From Candidatus Hydrogenedentota bacterium (GTDB taxonomy: Bacteria; Hydrogenedentota; Hydrogenedentia; Hydrogenedentales; JAEUWI01), in the NCBI GenBank assembly GCA_034669905.1, contig JAXMOL010000009.1:1-64000 (forward strand): 64,000 bases of DNA, read 5' to 3'. Position numbers and translations under genes: made by a program. The notes under the pieces are model-generated. The model had not been told where the DNA came from. It saw nothing but the letters and a program-made list of their open reading frames with translations, and searched no databases. Shown in pieces: positions 62,198-64,000 of the stretch (position 1 is its first letter; each line of letters starts with the position of its first letter).

Positions 62198-62866
62198 TCA
62201 GGAACGGTGTACTTCAACAAGTTTCTGGCGCGTGGCGTCGTCTGCTTCGCCCGTCACCGGTAGTTTCTGGGCTTTTTGAAAGGCGCGGATTCCATCGCGG
62301 TAGGCATCGGTGATTTCGTCATCCAGACTGCCACAGCGGTATCCAATATTCTTCAGGCGCTGCTTCACGCCGAGGACGCGCTCCACGGGCATGGTCTTAC
62401 CCAATTGGAGGACATACATTTTTTCATCCTCCGGAGGGCCTATCCAGAGCTTGCCCGACTTGGCCTTGCAGGGGATGTAGATGTCGACATAGCCCTCGGC
62501 GTCGGTTACGCCCTTCGTCAGTTTGCCATCGATATCGACGCGATAGGATTCATTGGCCCGGGGTTCGCCCTGTTTCATGAGGCGCAAGTGGAGTTTGGCC
62601 GGCACCCCTTTCCGCCGAAAGCGATAGGTTGCGCCCGTAGCTTTCGAAACCGACTTGGGGGTGATGGGCGGGATCGTTACCTTGTCGCCCGGCATCAGGA
62701 CGTTGGGGTCCTTACGCGTATCTTTTAATTCGGCATTGTCGGGGTGATTCCACAAGGTATCCCAGAAATGACCGGAATCTTCCGAAATAGAAGACATGCA
62801 GTCATCATCCTGCACAACATAATCGCCTTTACCCACGGGCTGCGTGGGATCTGTATTCGTTGCCAT
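62198..62866 (-). CDS. LysM + transthyretin-like + peptidoglycan-binding (PG_binding_1) protein, no signal peptide
   Basis: LysM-like YVVQDDDCMSSIS...PNVLMPGDKVTIP. PGBD-like VKQRLKNIGY...IRAFQKAQKLPVTGEADDATRQKL. Confidence 0.85.
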   Translation of the reverse strand: MATNTDPTQPVGKGDYVVQDDDCMSSISEDSGHFWDTLWNHPDNAELKDTRKDPNVLMPGDKVTIPPITPKSVSKATGATYRFRRKGVPAKLHLRLMKQGEPRANESYRVDIDGKLTKGVTDAEGYVDIYIPCKAKSGKLWIGPPEDEKMYVLQLGKTMPVERVLGVKQRLKNIGYRCGSLDDEITDAYRDGIRAFQKAQKLPVTGEADDATRQKLVEVHRS

Positions 62867-62945
62867 GTAGCAACCTCTTCTCTGATGGGAAAACGTATCT
62901 AACTGCCAGCTAAACTATACCATGTGTTGACATGGCCTCATGGAA

Positions 62946-64000
62946 TTACGACGTCGCCAGGTCTGTCGTGGCGGGCGTTCCATCCAATTGACGGGTGTTC
63001 AGCACGAGACCACGAATGGCAGGATTGCTGTATTGGTTGGAAGCGAAGGTCTCCACTACATGCCACTTGCCATAGGCGTCCATGACGCGATAACTGATCG
63101 TCTGGTCGGTTTGTAATTCCTTCTGTGCACGGGTGAGGTAGTCCTTGACCCGGATGAGATCATCGGCGTGAATGCCCTCGTAGACACTCTTGCCAATCAA
63201 CTCTTTCTGCGGGATGCCCAGCATGGCCTCCACCGAAGGGGAGAGAAAAATGAAGTGCTCCTCCCGGGATACAATGGCGAGCATATCAAAGGTATGGCGT
63301 AACAGGGCGGCCATACGCTCTTCTGCCAGTTGGGCAGCGTCACTCGCTTCGCCCCGGCGCAAGGTCGCAGACTGGACCCGCGCTTCCTTGATGGCTGCCT
63401 TGAGCGAGGCCTGTTGCTCCGAGATTACGGACTCTTTTTGGGCCGTGCGCCACCGCATCACATAGGTGATCGCGACAAAGGTGAGCACCAGACCCGCCAT
63501 GAGTAGGGCAACGACCCACGCGGATTGATAGCGCTGGGCCTGATAGGCGGAAAGATAGCTATGGGTCAACTGCGCGGCTGCAGCCCGCACGGGGACGGCC
63601 GAGATGCCTTCGAGCGCCTCATCTGAGCGCGCCTTATGGCGCACAACCAGCCCGGCCTGGTGGGTGAACTGCTGCAGAGGCGTCCGAAGCTCACCGGGAG
63701 TTGGAGTCCCGGCCAGCGCCGTGAGTCGGTCCAATTCGTCTTTCAACCCTTCGCGATTGGCCGCGTTAGGTTCATCGAGGAAGAAATACATTCGTTCCAG
63801 CACGTCCGCGATGGCGGAGGAAGACACGGTGGTGCCATCGGGGCTTCGCAACACCGCCTCACCAAGGGCCGGGAGAGAATCCAGACTGGCCCGCATCGTG
63901 GCCCACGATGTCTTGTAGTCCTCCAATCGGCCGAGCTTCTGACGGAGCGCCTTACGCAATTGGGCGAGGGCTTCGTGCAATTTCGGGTCGCCCGCCGTAG
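62946..64000 (-). CDS. Membrane sensor (5'-partial): DAHL-like extracytoplasmic domain, TM, coiled coil, PAS; no output domain
   Basis: The frame is open to the window edge. DAHL-like LRQKLGRLEDYKTS...MRASL, TM WVVALLMAGLVLTFVAITY, and PAS FLSPSVEAMLG...IHADD...LVLNTR before the stop. Confidence 0.7.
   Translation of the reverse strand, partial: TAGDPKLHEALAQLRKALRQKLGRLEDYKTSWATMRASLDSLPALGEAVLRSPDGTTVSSSAIADVLERMYFFLDEPNAANREGLKDELDRLTALAGTPTPGELRTPLQQFTHQAGLVVRHKARSDEALEGISAVPVRAAAAQLTHSYLSAYQAQRYQSAWVVALLMAGLVLTFVAITYVMRWRTAQKESVISEQQASLKAAIKEARVQSATLRRGEASDAAQLAEERMAALLRHTFDMLAIVSREEHFIFLSPSVEAMLGIPQKELIGKSVYEGIHADDLIRVKDYLTRAQKELQTDQTISYRVMDAYGKWHVVETFASNQYSNPAIRGLVLNTRQLDGTPATTDLATS

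Noticed and set aside
1..64000. CRISPR arrays, tRNA/rRNA genes, transposases, integrases or prophage
   Set aside because: None was recognised. The tail-like genes are all T6SS components and the long repeats are protein-coding.

Overview
A GC-rich bacterial window. A DUF1559 prepilin-type protein, EF-hand/Ig surface proteins with a Gly-Cys + TM C-terminus and a PASTA lipoprotein suggest Candidatus Hydrogenedentes or a similar diderm lineage (inference, not tested). From left to right it holds: the tail of an EF-hand surface protein; type III glutamine synthetase behind a -24/-12 (sigma-54-type) promoter; a DUF1559 protein and small envelope genes; a divergent catabolic island (heparinase II/III-like lyase, FAH-family protein, two SGNH esterases, HGSNAT/NagX-like membrane protein, SolA-like oxidase, truncated beta-galactosidase / SSS transporter, class III aminotransferase, MlrC/M81 peptidase); a PKD-PASTA-propeller lipoprotein and anmK; a 4,339-aa Ig/cadherin/EF-hand adhesin; and, transcribed divergently from it, a type VI secretion cluster (tssA-B-C-hcp-tssE-F-G-vgrG-X-tssJ-K-L-M). 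No clpV or PAAR gene is recognisable in the window. A LysM/PG-binding + amidohydrolase pair and a partial DAHL-PAS sensor close the window. Main finding: an A10 tract (58089-58098) near the end of a very long tssM sits exactly where the -1 frame opens into a downstream ORF of four Ig-like domains. One slipped base would give a ~2,212-aa TssM-proline linker-Ig fusion. This could be programmed slippage, phase variation or a homopolymer assembly error. The adhesin also carries EF-hand cassettes inserted inside its beta-sandwich domains, one flanked by a Cys pair and one circularly permuted. All domain calls come from motif recognition by eye; no searches were run.
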